This document shows positions 27,516 to 36,697 of a stretch of 64,000 bases of DNA, piece after piece; within the stretch, counting starts at the first letter, position 1, and each line of letters begins with the position of its first letter. Both the position numbers and the translations under genes were made by a program. The notes below the pieces were generated by a model that was not told the DNA's origin, ran no database searches, and saw nothing but the letters and a program-made list of their open reading frames with translations. This DNA is from an uncultured Pseudomonadota bacterium. Its GTDB lineage: Bacteria > Myxococcota_A > Polyangia > Fen-1088. The stretch lies in assembly GCA_963847705.1 (NCBI GenBank), contig CAWKBC010000029.1, forward strand, positions 64,001 to 128,000, in the 5' to 3' direction.

Positions 27516-29069
27516 TCAACTCGAACACTGGCCGGTGGCGTTCGGGACGATGGTGCCGGGACATGCGGCGGCCGAGCAGCTGCCGCTGTCGTTGCATACC
27601 CAGCAATCAGCGACGTCATTCGAGGGGCAGTCGAGGTCGACGGCACCACACCCGCAATCGCAGACTCCGTCGTCGTAGTAGCTCCGATTGCAGGTCCACG
27701 CGTTCGGAATGCTGATGATGCAAAGGGCGTTGTCGTTTGGATCGACGTGCAACTGGTTGCCGCCGGAGCAGCCTTCGACCGGGAAGTCCTCGCACACGTA
27801 AAGGGTCTCGATCCCTTGGCACATCGGGTCCGGAATGCCGCATCCGCAGTCGCAGGCGATGTCGCGATAGGCCGCCGCCGAGCAGGACCACCCGGTCGGC
27901 GGCGGAGCACATTGGGTCGGGTCCGTCGTCTCGATCGTGCTCCCGCAGGTGCCGTTGCCCCCGCACTCCAGGCACCGGACACAGCTGGTCGCGTCGGCGG
28001 TGCGACAGTCAACGTCGGGAATCGTGCAGCCACAGTCGCAGGTGCCGTCGCCGTAGGTACCAGGTCCGCAGGTCCACCCGGGCGGCGTCACGGGCAGGTC
28101 ACAGTGGGCATTGAGGGTGGCGTCGATGAGCCCCGGACACGTCTGGGCCGAGCACGAGCCGGGATCGTTGCACGTGTCGCAGGCGCCGAGGCCCACGGAG
28201 GCGCAATCCGGATCGACCGCTCCGCAGCCGCAATCGCAGCGTCTGCCGTCACCGTAGAGCCGCGGGGAGCAGAGCCAGGTGCCGGGCGGCGTGGCGCAGT
28301 GCGCATTGTCGTTCGCCTCGACCCCGCCGCATTCGAGCGGCGAGCAACTGGACTGATCGCACACCTGGCACGAAGCGGCCGTGGCATCCGGGCAATCGAC
28401 GTCGACCACACCACACCCGCAGTCGCAGACCCCGTCTCCGTACAAGGATGCCGGGCACGCCCACTGAGGAGGGATCGCACAGTGGGCGTTGTCAGTCGGG
28501 GAGATTGAGGAGGGGCAAAGCCCCGTCGCGCACGAGCCCGCCGCGAGGCAGTTGTCGCAGCTCGTGGCGTCGCCGTTCTTGCAGTCCGGGTCCTGGATCC
28601 CGCACCCGCACTCGCACTGATGACCGTCGTCGTAGCTCGAGGGGGTGCAAGTCCAGCCCGCAGGCGGCGCCAGACAGGTCGTCACGTCCGCCGCGTTGAT
28701 GCGGCCCGGACAGTCGGCGAGGTCGCAGCTGCCTGGGCTGTTGCAGACCTGGCAGTGTGCGAGGTCCTGCTGTGCGCAGTCCACGTCGGCCGCGCCGCAG
28801 CCGCAGTCGCACTGGCCGTCCCCGTACGCCGAGCCGACGCAGGTCCACCCGGGTGGGACCCCTCCCGCGCCACCGAGCATCGAGGCGCCCCCCGCGCCTG
28901 GTCCGCTGCCTGCCGTCCCCTCCGCGTCACCGCCCGGGCCACCGTCCGCGGTCATTCCGGCCTGCCCTCCCGCGCCCGCCACCGAGGGCCTGTCGTTCCC
29001 GCTCGAGCAGCCGACCCACGCCGCGAGGAGGAGCGCGATCGGAGCGATACCGCAGAGCTTCGGGGCCAC
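27516..29069 (-). CDS. Cys-rich repeat lipoprotein (seven WxCxxxxYxDGxCDCGCGxxDxDC units)
   Basis: Lipobox WVGC. Seven roughly 50-aa Cys-rich repeats counted by eye. Confidence 0.85.
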   Translation of the reverse strand: MAPKLCGIAPIALLLAAWVGCSSGNDRPSVAGAGGQAGMTADGGPGGDAEGTAGSGPGAGGASMLGGAGGVPPGWTCVGSAYGDGQCDCGCGAADVDCAQQDLAHCQVCNSPGSCDLADCPGRINAADVTTCLAPPAGWTCTPSSYDDGHQCECGCGIQDPDCKNGDATSCDNCLAAGSCATGLCPSSISPTDNAHCAIPPQWACPASLYGDGVCDCGCGVVDVDCPDATAASCQVCDQSSCSPLECGGVEANDNAHCATPPGTWLCSPRLYGDGRRCDCGCGAVDPDCASVGLGACDTCNDPGSCSAQTCPGLIDATLNAHCDLPVTPPGWTCGPGTYGDGTCDCGCTIPDVDCRTADATSCVRCLECGGNGTCGSTIETTDPTQCAPPPTGWSCSAAAYRDIACDCGCGIPDPMCQGIETLYVCEDFPVEGCSGGNQLHVDPNDNALCIISIPNAWTCNRSYYDDGVCDCGCGAVDLDCPSNDVADCWVCNDSGSCSAAACPGTIVPNATGQCSS

Positions 29070-29199
29070 GCCTCATTATCCACGGGAACCCTGACAACGT
29101 CCCCCCTCCCCGCTCGCTGGGGATCTCGACGTCGAGCGCCCCACGGAGAGTCCCCCAGCCGTCTTCTGCCCGCCACTCCAGCGCGCGTCGGCGATTCCG

Positions 29200-29670
29200 C
29201 TAGAAGGTGCGGAGGTAGTGGTCGTAGACGTCGTCGAGCTTCCAGCCGCACGCCGCGTAGAGCGCCTTGGCGGTCGCGTTGGTCTTCGGCGTGGCGAGCA
29301 CCAGGCCCTTGGCGACCGTGGCGCGCGCGAAATCCTCGGCGGCGGTCAGCAGGGCGCGGCCGACGCCGCCGCGGCGGTGGACCGGCGCCACGAACAGATC
29401 GTTCAGGATCCAGAGGCGCTTCATCGACTGAGAGGAGAACGACGGATAGAGCTGAGCGAACCCCAGAAAACGCCGGTCGTGCTCGGCGATCAGCACCACG
29501 GAGTCGCCGGACTGCAGGCGCTCGCGCAAGAAGGCGCGCGCGCCGTCGGGATCGGGCGCCTGGCCGTAGAACTGGCGGTAAGCGTCGAACAGCTCGGCGA
29601 CTCGCGGCAGGTCGGGCATGGTGCCGCGGCGAATCTTGGGGGCCCCTCGGTCGTTCACGCCGTCGACCAT
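29200..29670 (-). CDS. GNAT N-acetyltransferase
   Basis: LFDAYRQFY, GFAQLYPSFSS, WILNDLFV...RRGGVG, NATAKALY. True start may be GTG 29658. Confidence 0.92.
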   Translation of the reverse strand: MVDGVNDRGAPKIRRGTMPDLPRVAELFDAYRQFYGQAPDPDGARAFLRERLQSGDSVVLIAEHDRRFLGFAQLYPSFSSQSMKRLWILNDLFVAPVHRRGGVGRALLTAAEDFARATVAKGLVLATPKTNATAKALYAACGWKLDDVYDHYLRTF

Positions 29671-29952
29671 ATCTGATCTCGTCGGCGTCGTTCGGGCTTC
29701 GTCCGCCCGGAGGTGGCTCGGGCGATCTGACAGACTGCCGGTCCTCGATGCCGGTGCATCCTCAGCTCTGGCCCGCCCTTGCCGTTCGCTTCCGCCGGCC
29801 GGGTTGCTTCTCCGACGAGATCGATGATCTTCGTGTAGGGTGCATCCCCCAGGGGGAGGCGCAAGGTCAGCCCGGACAATCGGTGGGTGAGGTGGCCCCG
29901 CTCGCCATTCCCGGCGGCGGCATCGTTCAATTGCTACGCTGGGTGCTCATCG

Positions 29953-30666
29953 ATGTTCAGCCACGAAGGGCCGGCGCGAAACGCGAGAAGCAACAGCGTC
30001 CTTGCGGGCTACCTGGCGTTCGTCGCCGGCTTCGCCAACGCCTCCGGCTTGATCCTCTTCGGCGCCTTCACCTCGCACGTGACGGGCAACGTGGCCCGGG
30101 CGAGCGCCAGCGTGGCCCGGGGCGACATCGCGGGAGCAGCACAGGCTGGCGTCCTCGTCGCGGTCTTCCTTTTGGGAGCCGTGACGGCGAGCCTCCTGGT
30201 CGAGACCAGCCTCTTCCGGCGCACCTCGAGCGCCTACGGCGCGGCGTTGCTGGTCCAGGGGGGGCTGCTGTCTGCGTTCGTCGTGACGGACGCGGCGAGC
30301 CTCCTGTCGTTCGCCATGGGCATGCAGAACAGCCTGGTCACCCGTCTCTCGGGCTCCGTGGTTCGAACGACCCACCTCACCGGCGTCGTCACCGACCTCG
30401 GCATCGAGCTCGCCCGCTGGGCCCGCTGGACCTGGTCGAGGGCATTCGGCGGCCGGCTGGCGAGCCCCGGGCGCAACCCGGCAGCACGCCCTGCCCCGAC
30501 CCGCTCGCTTCTCCTGCTGACCGTCGCGTTGGCGTTCACCGCCGGCGGAATGCTGGGGGCGCTGGTGGCGCCGGCCTGGGGTGCCCGCTCGATGGCCATT
30601 CCGGCCGTCGCGATTCTTCTCGCCGCGACGTACGCCTTCGCCGCCGCTCCCTCCACGCGAGGGTAG
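29953..30666 (+). CDS. YoaK/DUF1275 membrane protein
   Basis: LAFVAGFAN, FTSHVTGN, AMGMQN, VRTTHLTGVVTDLG. Confidence 0.93.
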   Translation: MFSHEGPARNARSNSVLAGYLAFVAGFANASGLILFGAFTSHVTGNVARASASVARGDIAGAAQAGVLVAVFLLGAVTASLLVETSLFRRTSSAYGAALLVQGGLLSAFVVTDAASLLSFAMGMQNSLVTRLSGSVVRTTHLTGVVTDLGIELARWARWTWSRAFGGRLASPGRNPAARPAPTRSLLLLTVALAFTAGGMLGALVAPAWGARSMAIPAVAILLAATYAFAAAPSTRG

Positions 30667-30791
30667 TCGCGCCCCTCGTGACAGGTGCATGCCCGAGGCG
30701 TCGCTTTGCGACCCGGGTTCTCGGCCGCCACCACGGACCGCCGAGCAGGCCCGCGAAGCGCACGCGCCCAGTCCACTGGCGGCGCGATGAG

Positions 30792-31268
30792 CTACATCGG
30801 ACAGCGCGAGACTTCGAAGCTGCCCGAGAGACTGTAGGTGCCACCGGTGCTGCCCTCCGTGTAGCTGTAGGCGATGGTTCCGGCAACCGAGGTCGCGCTG
30901 GCCGCCGTGAGCATCACGGTCGCGTCACCCGAGCCGACGCCGTCCAGGTTCCGCGCTTCGTACTGGATCATGCTCACGAAGACCGATGAGTAGGTTCCGA
31001 CGTCCAGCGCCGGGACCGAGAACTCTGCGGTCGTACCCATCGGTGGATCGTTCTGCTGCGCCGAGGCGCAGGTGAGCGGTCCGTCCCCAAGCGCGATCAC
31101 GTTCGACCCCTGGTAGACGGTCGCCACGCCGAACGCGGGCGTGAACGACTGGCCGTTGAACTGGCCGGTCAAGGTGCTGGAGACGAGCGGCTCGCCGGCG
31201 CTGCCGCCGCCACACGCGGTGGCGGCGAGCAGCGTCGCCGCCAGGACGGTCAGCAGCGGTCTGTTCAT
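30792..31268 (-). CDS. Hypothetical lipoprotein
   Basis: Lipobox ATAC. Beta-rich body ending SGSFEVSRC. Confidence 0.75.
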   Translation of the reverse strand: MNRPLLTVLAATLLAATACGGGSAGEPLVSSTLTGQFNGQSFTPAFGVATVYQGSNVIALGDGPLTCASAQQNDPPMGTTAEFSVPALDVGTYSSVFVSMIQYEARNLDGVGSGDATVMLTAASATSVAGTIAYSYTEGSTGGTYSLSGSFEVSRCPM

Positions 31269-31381
31269 CGGAACCTCTGCAGGACGAGCTCGGCGGAAGA
31301 CCGTCCGCCCTTGAACCGACCGCCGCGGACGCTCGGGTTCCTCGTTCAGAACGGCAGGAACACTGCCGAGGTATTCGACAA

Positions 31382-31573
31382 ATGGGCACGATCAAGGTCG
31401 GTCAGGTTCGTGTCGGCCCGCAGGGGATGGTGGTCATCACCAGCATCAGCGGCAGCGGCCGGGTGCGCGCGCTCTGGCTGACCGGGCCTCACGCGGGCGG
31501 TGTCGAGGACGAGGGGACGCCGGAGAGCTTCAGCGGGCAGAAGTGGCGGATCGTCGAGCCGGCGCGGGGGTGA
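31382..31573 (+). CDS. Small hypothetical protein (63 aa)
   Basis: GC3-rich codon usage, natural-looking beta-rich sequence, fills an intergenic gap. Confidence 0.55.
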   Translation: MGTIKVGQVRVGPQGMVVITSISGSGRVRALWLTGPHAGGVEDEGTPESFSGQKWRIVEPARG

Positions 31574-31583
31574 CGCCAGGCCT

Positions 31584-31766
31584 TCAACGCGCCCGGGTGC
31601 CCGGGGAGCGGCGGCGGGCGATCCGGCGCTGGGCCTCCTTGAACGCGCGCTGAATCTGGCGGAAGGCCTCCGCATCGCCGCCCCGATCGGGATGGGTGGC
31701 GAGAGCACGCTGACGAAAGGCGCGCTTCAGCTCGTCGGCCGTTGCGCGCGCGGTGATGCCGAGCAT
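31584..31766 (-). CDS. Stand-alone or truncated J-domain protein
   Basis: LGITARATADELKRAFRQRALATHPDRGG with HPD motif. The domain start SIWEM lies upstream of the ATG. Confidence 0.7.
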   Translation of the reverse strand: MLGITARATADELKRAFRQRALATHPDRGGDAEAFRQIQRAFKEAQRRIARRRSPGTRAR

Positions 31767-31826
31767 CTCCCAGATCGATGTCCTCTGCGCCGGGTGGTGG
31801 TCGGGACGCTGGGAACCTGACGCGCG

Positions 31827-32612
31827 CTACAGCTCCTTCGCCTCGATGCGGCGGTTCCTCTGGCGACCCTCGTCGGTGTCGTTGGGGGCGATGGGGTGCT
31901 CGTCGCCGAAGCCGATGGCGTCCAGCCGCTTCTTGTCGATGCCCTTCGACACGATGTAGTTGCGGCAGGCTTGCGCGCGCTTTTCCGACAGCGTCTTGTT
32001 GGCCTGGGCGTTCCCCACGTTGTCGGTGTGACCCGAGATCTCGACGCGCGCGCTCTGCTTGTGGACCATGAAGTCGACCACCGCGTCGAGGTGAGAGAAC
32101 GACTCCGGGCGAATCGTAGCCTTGGCGGTGTCGAAGTTGACCCCCTCCAGAATCAGAGGCTTCGGTGCGACCTCACGCTTGTAACGAAGGGTCAGCTTGA
32201 CCGATTGACTCGGCTCGTCTGCCACCGGGACCGTGGCCGCGATCTCGTGGCGGCCGAGACTGAGGTAGGTGATGTCGTAGGTCTTGCCCACCGGCACCAG
32301 CAGCTCCGCGTACCCCTCGCTGTCCGTCGGCTCGGCGTAGTACTTCGTCTTGTCGGGCCCGGTCAGAAAGATGACCACCCCCTTGACCGGCCCCTTGTCC
32401 TTGTCGACGACGAACAGCTTCATCGCCGCCTCGGTCCTGGTCGGCCGGATCTTCGACGCCGTGGCGCCGTGCGCCTCCTTGGCCGTGTGGGTGTCCTGAA
32501 GCTTGAACTCGCTCTTTTCGTCAGCAGCCGCGGGCGCCGGCGACGCGGCGTGCGCGGCGATCGCGGCGGCCAGGACCATCGCGGCGACTGTCACGTTCGA
32601 ACGGTGATGCAT
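31827..32612 (-). CDS. OmpA C-terminal (peptidoglycan-binding) domain protein
   Basis: VNFDTAKA, ISGHTDNVG, NKTLSEKRA, GFGDEHPIAPN, NRRIE. Signal peptide. Confidence 0.93.
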   Translation of the reverse strand: MHHRSNVTVAAMVLAAAIAAHAASPAPAAADEKSEFKLQDTHTAKEAHGATASKIRPTRTEAAMKLFVVDKDKGPVKGVVIFLTGPDKTKYYAEPTDSEGYAELLVPVGKTYDITYLSLGRHEIAATVPVADEPSQSVKLTLRYKREVAPKPLILEGVNFDTAKATIRPESFSHLDAVVDFMVHKQSARVEISGHTDNVGNAQANKTLSEKRAQACRNYIVSKGIDKKRLDAIGFGDEHPIAPNDTDEGRQRNRRIEAKEL

Positions 32613-32861
32613 GGGGGAGCCTCCGTCGGCAGAACTCTGCTCACTCGACGGTAACACGAAGCGCGGGGACGTCGCGGTGGCCTCATCCGCCACTCCGCGC
32701 TCATCGTCTTGTGTGAGGAACGACAGCGGCGCCATTGCGCCCGTGATGAAAGGACCTACCTTCGCGCATCCCTGATGTCGGGCGCTGCCAGCGGCGCCCG
32801 CGTGGCGGGACGCCGCCGTCGTCTTCCGTCGTCGGGCCGTGACTCACACCGAAAGGCCCTC

Positions 32862-33713
32862 ATGCGATCTCTGTCCCTGCGATTGATCTTGGCACTTCCC
32901 CTGTTGGCGGTTCTGCCCGCGGGCGGAGGGGCGCGCGCGGCGGAGGTGGTCGAGAGCGGCAGCAACGTTCCCCCGGTCAGCGGCGCGCCCATGGGCGAGG
33001 TGGCGGTTCGGCGCGGCGTGCAAGGCCCGGCCGGGTTGTTCACGGCGCGCCTGTCGTTGCTGGTCGACGCCAGCAAGGATTCCTTTGGCAAGCCGACTTC
33101 GTTCGCGCCCGATCTTTATTATTCGTTCACGGACACCGTCCAGCTCGGCCTCTTGCACACGCTCCCCATGGGCTGGCAGACGCTGCCGGGTGCCGGCTTG
33201 TGCCTGACCGGTCCGAGCAAGGGTTGCCCGCACGTCTATGACAACGTCGGCCTCGACTTCATGTACGGGCTGATTTACGGGGACTTCCACCTGTCCCTGC
33301 ATTCGTCGCTGTTTCTGGTGCCCATCGCGGAGCCTGCCGGCGTCATGTGGACCATCGGTCTGGCGGGGAAGGTCCACTTCACCAACCTGGTCGCGCTCTA
33401 CTTCGATCCCCAGGTCGGCATCATGCTGGCCCACCGCGACCTCTACAAAGATCAGCTGTTCATCCCCCTCGAGCTGCAGCTCCAGGCGTCGGTCGCCGTG
33501 TCCCTGAAGCTCCTCTCCGGGGTCACCGGACAGCTCTCGGCGCTGGGTGACACCTACCAGGTCCCGCTCGGTCTGGGCGTCGTCGCCAATCTGACCGCGC
33601 ACCTCGATCTCGGGCTGCGATTCAGCTTCGACAACCTGCTGGGGCACACGCTGCCGGGGGTGTCGCGCACCGACGAGCGCTCGATCGGGTTGCTGTTGAT
33701 CATCCGGTCCTGA
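32862..33713 (+). CDS. Probable outer-membrane beta-barrel protein
   Basis: Signal peptide ending ARA. Alternating amphipathic strands. Confidence 0.65.
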   Translation: MRSLSLRLILALPLLAVLPAGGGARAAEVVESGSNVPPVSGAPMGEVAVRRGVQGPAGLFTARLSLLVDASKDSFGKPTSFAPDLYYSFTDTVQLGLLHTLPMGWQTLPGAGLCLTGPSKGCPHVYDNVGLDFMYGLIYGDFHLSLHSSLFLVPIAEPAGVMWTIGLAGKVHFTNLVALYFDPQVGIMLAHRDLYKDQLFIPLELQLQASVAVSLKLLSGVTGQLSALGDTYQVPLGLGVVANLTAHLDLGLRFSFDNLLGHTLPGVSRTDERSIGLLLIIRS

Positions 33714-33835
33714 CCTGCTCAAACCGATGCCGGGTGAGGAACGTCCCGGTCGGGATCACGCTGGCCCAGACGGCGCGACGAGCGCTCGGTCGGGCTGGTC
33801 GCCCGTCTGGCCGGTCCTGTACTACAATCGCCGTC

Positions 33836-34633
33836 ATGCGACTGACGGCGGGAATGGTGCTCGCGTTCCTGACTCTGGCCAGCAGCCGCGCCTGGGCCGA
33901 CCCGAGCACCCCGCCGCCCCCCGCAAGCGTGCCCGCGGATGCGCCGCCACCCAGCTACGAGCCGGCGCCGCCGCCACCGAACACGCCGCCACCCAGCTAC
34001 GGACCGCCGGCGCCGTCGCCCGGTTACGCGCCGCCACCAGGTTACGCGCCGCCGCCCGGTTACGCGCCGCCACCAGGTTACGCGCCGCCGCCCGGTTACG
34101 CGCCGCCGCCCGGTTACGCGCCGCCACCAGGTTACGCGCCGCCACCAGGTTATGCGCCGCCGCCAGGTTACGGATCCAGCTGGGGCGGCGGACGGGCCTA
34201 CAGTGAGGGGCCCAATCCGAACGCGATCTTCCTCTACGCCGAGCAACGCAAGAGCCCCGCGGTGGCGTTGTTGCTGTCCATTCTGGTCCCAGGAGTGGGC
34301 AACATCTACGCGGATCACGCCATGGGCGCGGTCATCACCTGGGCCCTGATCCTCGGTGGCGTGGTCCTGGCCGCCAACAGCGTCCACAACACGACCGACC
34401 CCTACGGGTATTCGAGCGGCACCAGCCGGAACTCGACCGAGCTGACGCTGGGGATCTTCATGGCCCTGGGCGGCTTCATCTACAGCCCGATCGACGCCTA
34501 CTTTGCCAGCGAGAGTTACAACCACGCGCTGGCGGAGCGCCTGGGCTTGCCGACGGGATTCGCGCTCGGCCCAGCGCCGATCCGCACCGATCGGAGCGTC
34601 GCCTGGGGACCTGGTCTCAGCTTCCACTTCTGA
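33836..34633 (+). CDS. Exported Pro-rich (GYAPPP)8 protein with a TM2-like hydrophobic domain
   Basis: Signal ending AWA. KSPAVALLLSILVPGVGNIY. C-terminal YNHALAERLGLP...GLSFHF. Confidence 0.8.
   Translation: MRLTAGMVLAFLTLASSRAWADPSTPPPPASVPADAPPPSYEPAPPPPNTPPPSYGPPAPSPGYAPPPGYAPPPGYAPPPGYAPPPGYAPPPGYAPPPGYAPPPGYAPPPGYGSSWGGGRAYSEGPNPNAIFLYAEQRKSPAVALLLSILVPGVGNIYADHAMGAVITWALILGGVVLAANSVHNTTDPYGYSSGTSRNSTELTLGIFMALGGFIYSPIDAYFASESYNHALAERLGLPTGFALGPAPIRTDRSVAWGPGLSFHF
34022..34171 (+). repeat. 18-bp coding tandem repeat, 8+ copies (GYAPPP)
   Basis: GGTTAY recurs every 18 nt from 34022 to 34166. Confidence 0.95.
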
Positions 34634-34797
34634 AGCGCGGCCGAGCGGGCGCGCCGTCGCGTTGAAATCGGCTCCTTGACGGGAGCCCTCCTGTTGCTCG
34701 GGTGCGGCGAGCGCTCGCCGCAGCTCGACTCGGTCCGTTCCTCGCTGACGATCACCGGTCCATCCGGGGCCTCCAGCTGAAATGACGGCCGCCGCCG

Positions 34798-36690
34798 TCA
34801 GCCTCGGGCGAGATAGCCCTCAGCCACCTGGCGGTTGCTCCCTGCCGGGTCGGCGTGCGCGACCTCTTCCAGGAGGGGGCGCAATGCGGGGAGGTCGCCC
34901 AGGTGGCTGCCCAGCAGATCGATGGCCGCGCGGCGGACGGTCTCGATCGGATCGTGGCGGGCCACCTCGGCCAGCCGCACGGCGAACGGTCCGACGTCAC
35001 GGAACCGGATCGCCGAGATGGCCGCAAAGCGCGTGCTCGTCTCGCCGGTGCGCACCAGGAGAGAGCCGAGTAAGGGATCGACGGCGGGATCGGCGATGAA
35101 GCGCAGCGCCTCGATGGCCGGCGTTCGCAAGGCGCCCCCCTTCTCGTCGATGAAAGCCCGGAGCGCCGGGAGGCTGCTGGGATCGCCGGCGTTGCCCAGC
35201 GCGACCACCAGATCCTGCCGTGACGTCAGGTCGGAGGCGCGCGCGAGCCGGGTGTTCAGCTCGCCGACGAGCTCGCTCGTCTTGTCCGGCGCCGTCGGGC
35301 GAAGACCGCGGGCGCAGGCGCCGAGCGCCAGCAGCGCGGCCTGGCCGAGCGCGTGGTCGTCGAGCAGCGCGCGCAACCCCGCGACCGCGGCGGACGTGGG
35401 AGAGGGTTGCAAGCCGAGATACTGAACGGCGGAGAGACGCACCCTCGGGTCCACGGCGGGCTCTGCCGCGATCGCGGCCAGCCCCGCCTGCGCCTCGGCG
35501 GTGCCTGCCCCCGACAGCGCGTCGACCAGCAGCTTGCCCCGGTCCGCGGGCTCGCCGCGCACCAGGCTGGGAAGGCGGGCGGCGGTGCCCGGCTCCAGCC
35601 GGAGCAGCGCCTCCCAGCGTGCCACCAGCGTGGCGGCGGTGCGCTCACCCGGCTCGACCACCGGCAGCGCACGCAGCTCGGCGATCAGAAACTCCGCCGA
35701 GGCGCCGGCCAGCAGCGTGCGATCCCGGCGCGCCGCCTCGGCGGCGGGATCGAGGCCGAGCTGCGCCATCGGGTGGGGTTCGAACTGCGCCTGCTCCCGC
35801 GCGAAGGCGCCGGCCAGCGCGGGATTGCCGAGCAGCCGCCCATCTTCCAGCGTGAAGCGCAGGCTCACGGTGAAGGAGAGCCCGGAGAGCGCGATGGTGG
35901 TGCTGTCGTCGGCGCGCAGCTCCAGCAGGCGGCCCCGGGGGTCGGCCACGAGATCGATGTCTGACCGGTCGATCCGGATCTGCGGAGGCGTGGTTGCGTT
36001 CGCTCCGGCGGCGCTCGCTCCGGGCGCGGCGCGAGCGCCGGCGGTGTCGTCGAGATAGCGCGCCTTCTGCTTGTGGAACCGGTTGGGCTCGGTCTCCTGG
36101 TAGGCCGCCAGGTAGGCGCCGTTCACGTCGCGCTCCTCGAGGATCCAGGCCGCCTGCGCCTGCGCCGGCCGCACCAGCTGCGCCTCGCCCACCAGCGTGA
36201 GCAGGATGTTGGCCATCGCCGGCTTCATCCCGCGCGGGAGCCACACTTCGAACACCGCGCCGTTCGCGCGCTGGCGCACGAAGAAACGGCGCCCCAGCTC
36301 GCTCGCCAGCTCGGCGCCCGTCTCCGCCTGGCGCGCGGCAGCGTCGACGCCCTCCCCCGCGCTGGCCCGCAGCTCTGCCAGCTCGCAGGCGACCGTGGCC
36401 AGCCCATCGTTCACCTCGGTGACGGTGGCGCGCCATTCGCCTTCCAGCTCCATCTCCTGCGGCGGCGCGCCGCCACCGAGCTCGAGCAGCACCGTCACCT
36501 GGGCGCGGCTGCGCACCTCTTCCCCGACGCGGAACGGGCCGAGGACGCTGGCGGTCTGGCCCGCGCCCGGCCGCCGGTGCCGTGAGGCCCGGGCGGCCGC
36601 CAGCCCGAGCGCTGCCGTCCCCAGGAGGGCGGCAGCAGCCAGCGCCAGGCGAACGCGCCGGGGGCTCGTGGTGGAGGTGGTGGATTTCAC
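34798..36690 (-). CDS. Membrane-anchored HEAT-repeat protein resembling the vitellogenin/MTP N-terminal lipid-transport module
   Basis: N-terminal TM. Beta region with EERDVNGAYLAAYQ. Helical region with LLVDALSGAGTAEAQ, LLALGA, LVVALGNAGDP and HEAT/PBS repeats. Confidence 0.75.
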   Translation of the reverse strand: MKSTTSTTSPRRVRLALAAAALLGTAALGLAAARASRHRRPGAGQTASVLGPFRVGEEVRSRAQVTVLLELGGGAPPQEMELEGEWRATVTEVNDGLATVACELAELRASAGEGVDAAARQAETGAELASELGRRFFVRQRANGAVFEVWLPRGMKPAMANILLTLVGEAQLVRPAQAQAAWILEERDVNGAYLAAYQETEPNRFHKQKARYLDDTAGARAAPGASAAGANATTPPQIRIDRSDIDLVADPRGRLLELRADDSTTIALSGLSFTVSLRFTLEDGRLLGNPALAGAFAREQAQFEPHPMAQLGLDPAAEAARRDRTLLAGASAEFLIAELRALPVVEPGERTAATLVARWEALLRLEPGTAARLPSLVRGEPADRGKLLVDALSGAGTAEAQAGLAAIAAEPAVDPRVRLSAVQYLGLQPSPTSAAVAGLRALLDDHALGQAALLALGACARGLRPTAPDKTSELVGELNTRLARASDLTSRQDLVVALGNAGDPSSLPALRAFIDEKGGALRTPAIEALRFIADPAVDPLLGSLLVRTGETSTRFAAISAIRFRDVGPFAVRLAEVARHDPIETVRRAAIDLLGSHLGDLPALRPLLEEVAHADPAGSNRQVAEGYLARG

Positions 36691-36697
36691 CGGCTGC

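Noticed and set aside
31827-31829. Pyrrolysine recoding of the TAG between OmpA and the J-domain
   Set aside because: No pyl genes or tRNA in the window, TAG is used as an ordinary stop in many genes here, and the OmpA domain ends naturally at NRRIEAKEL.
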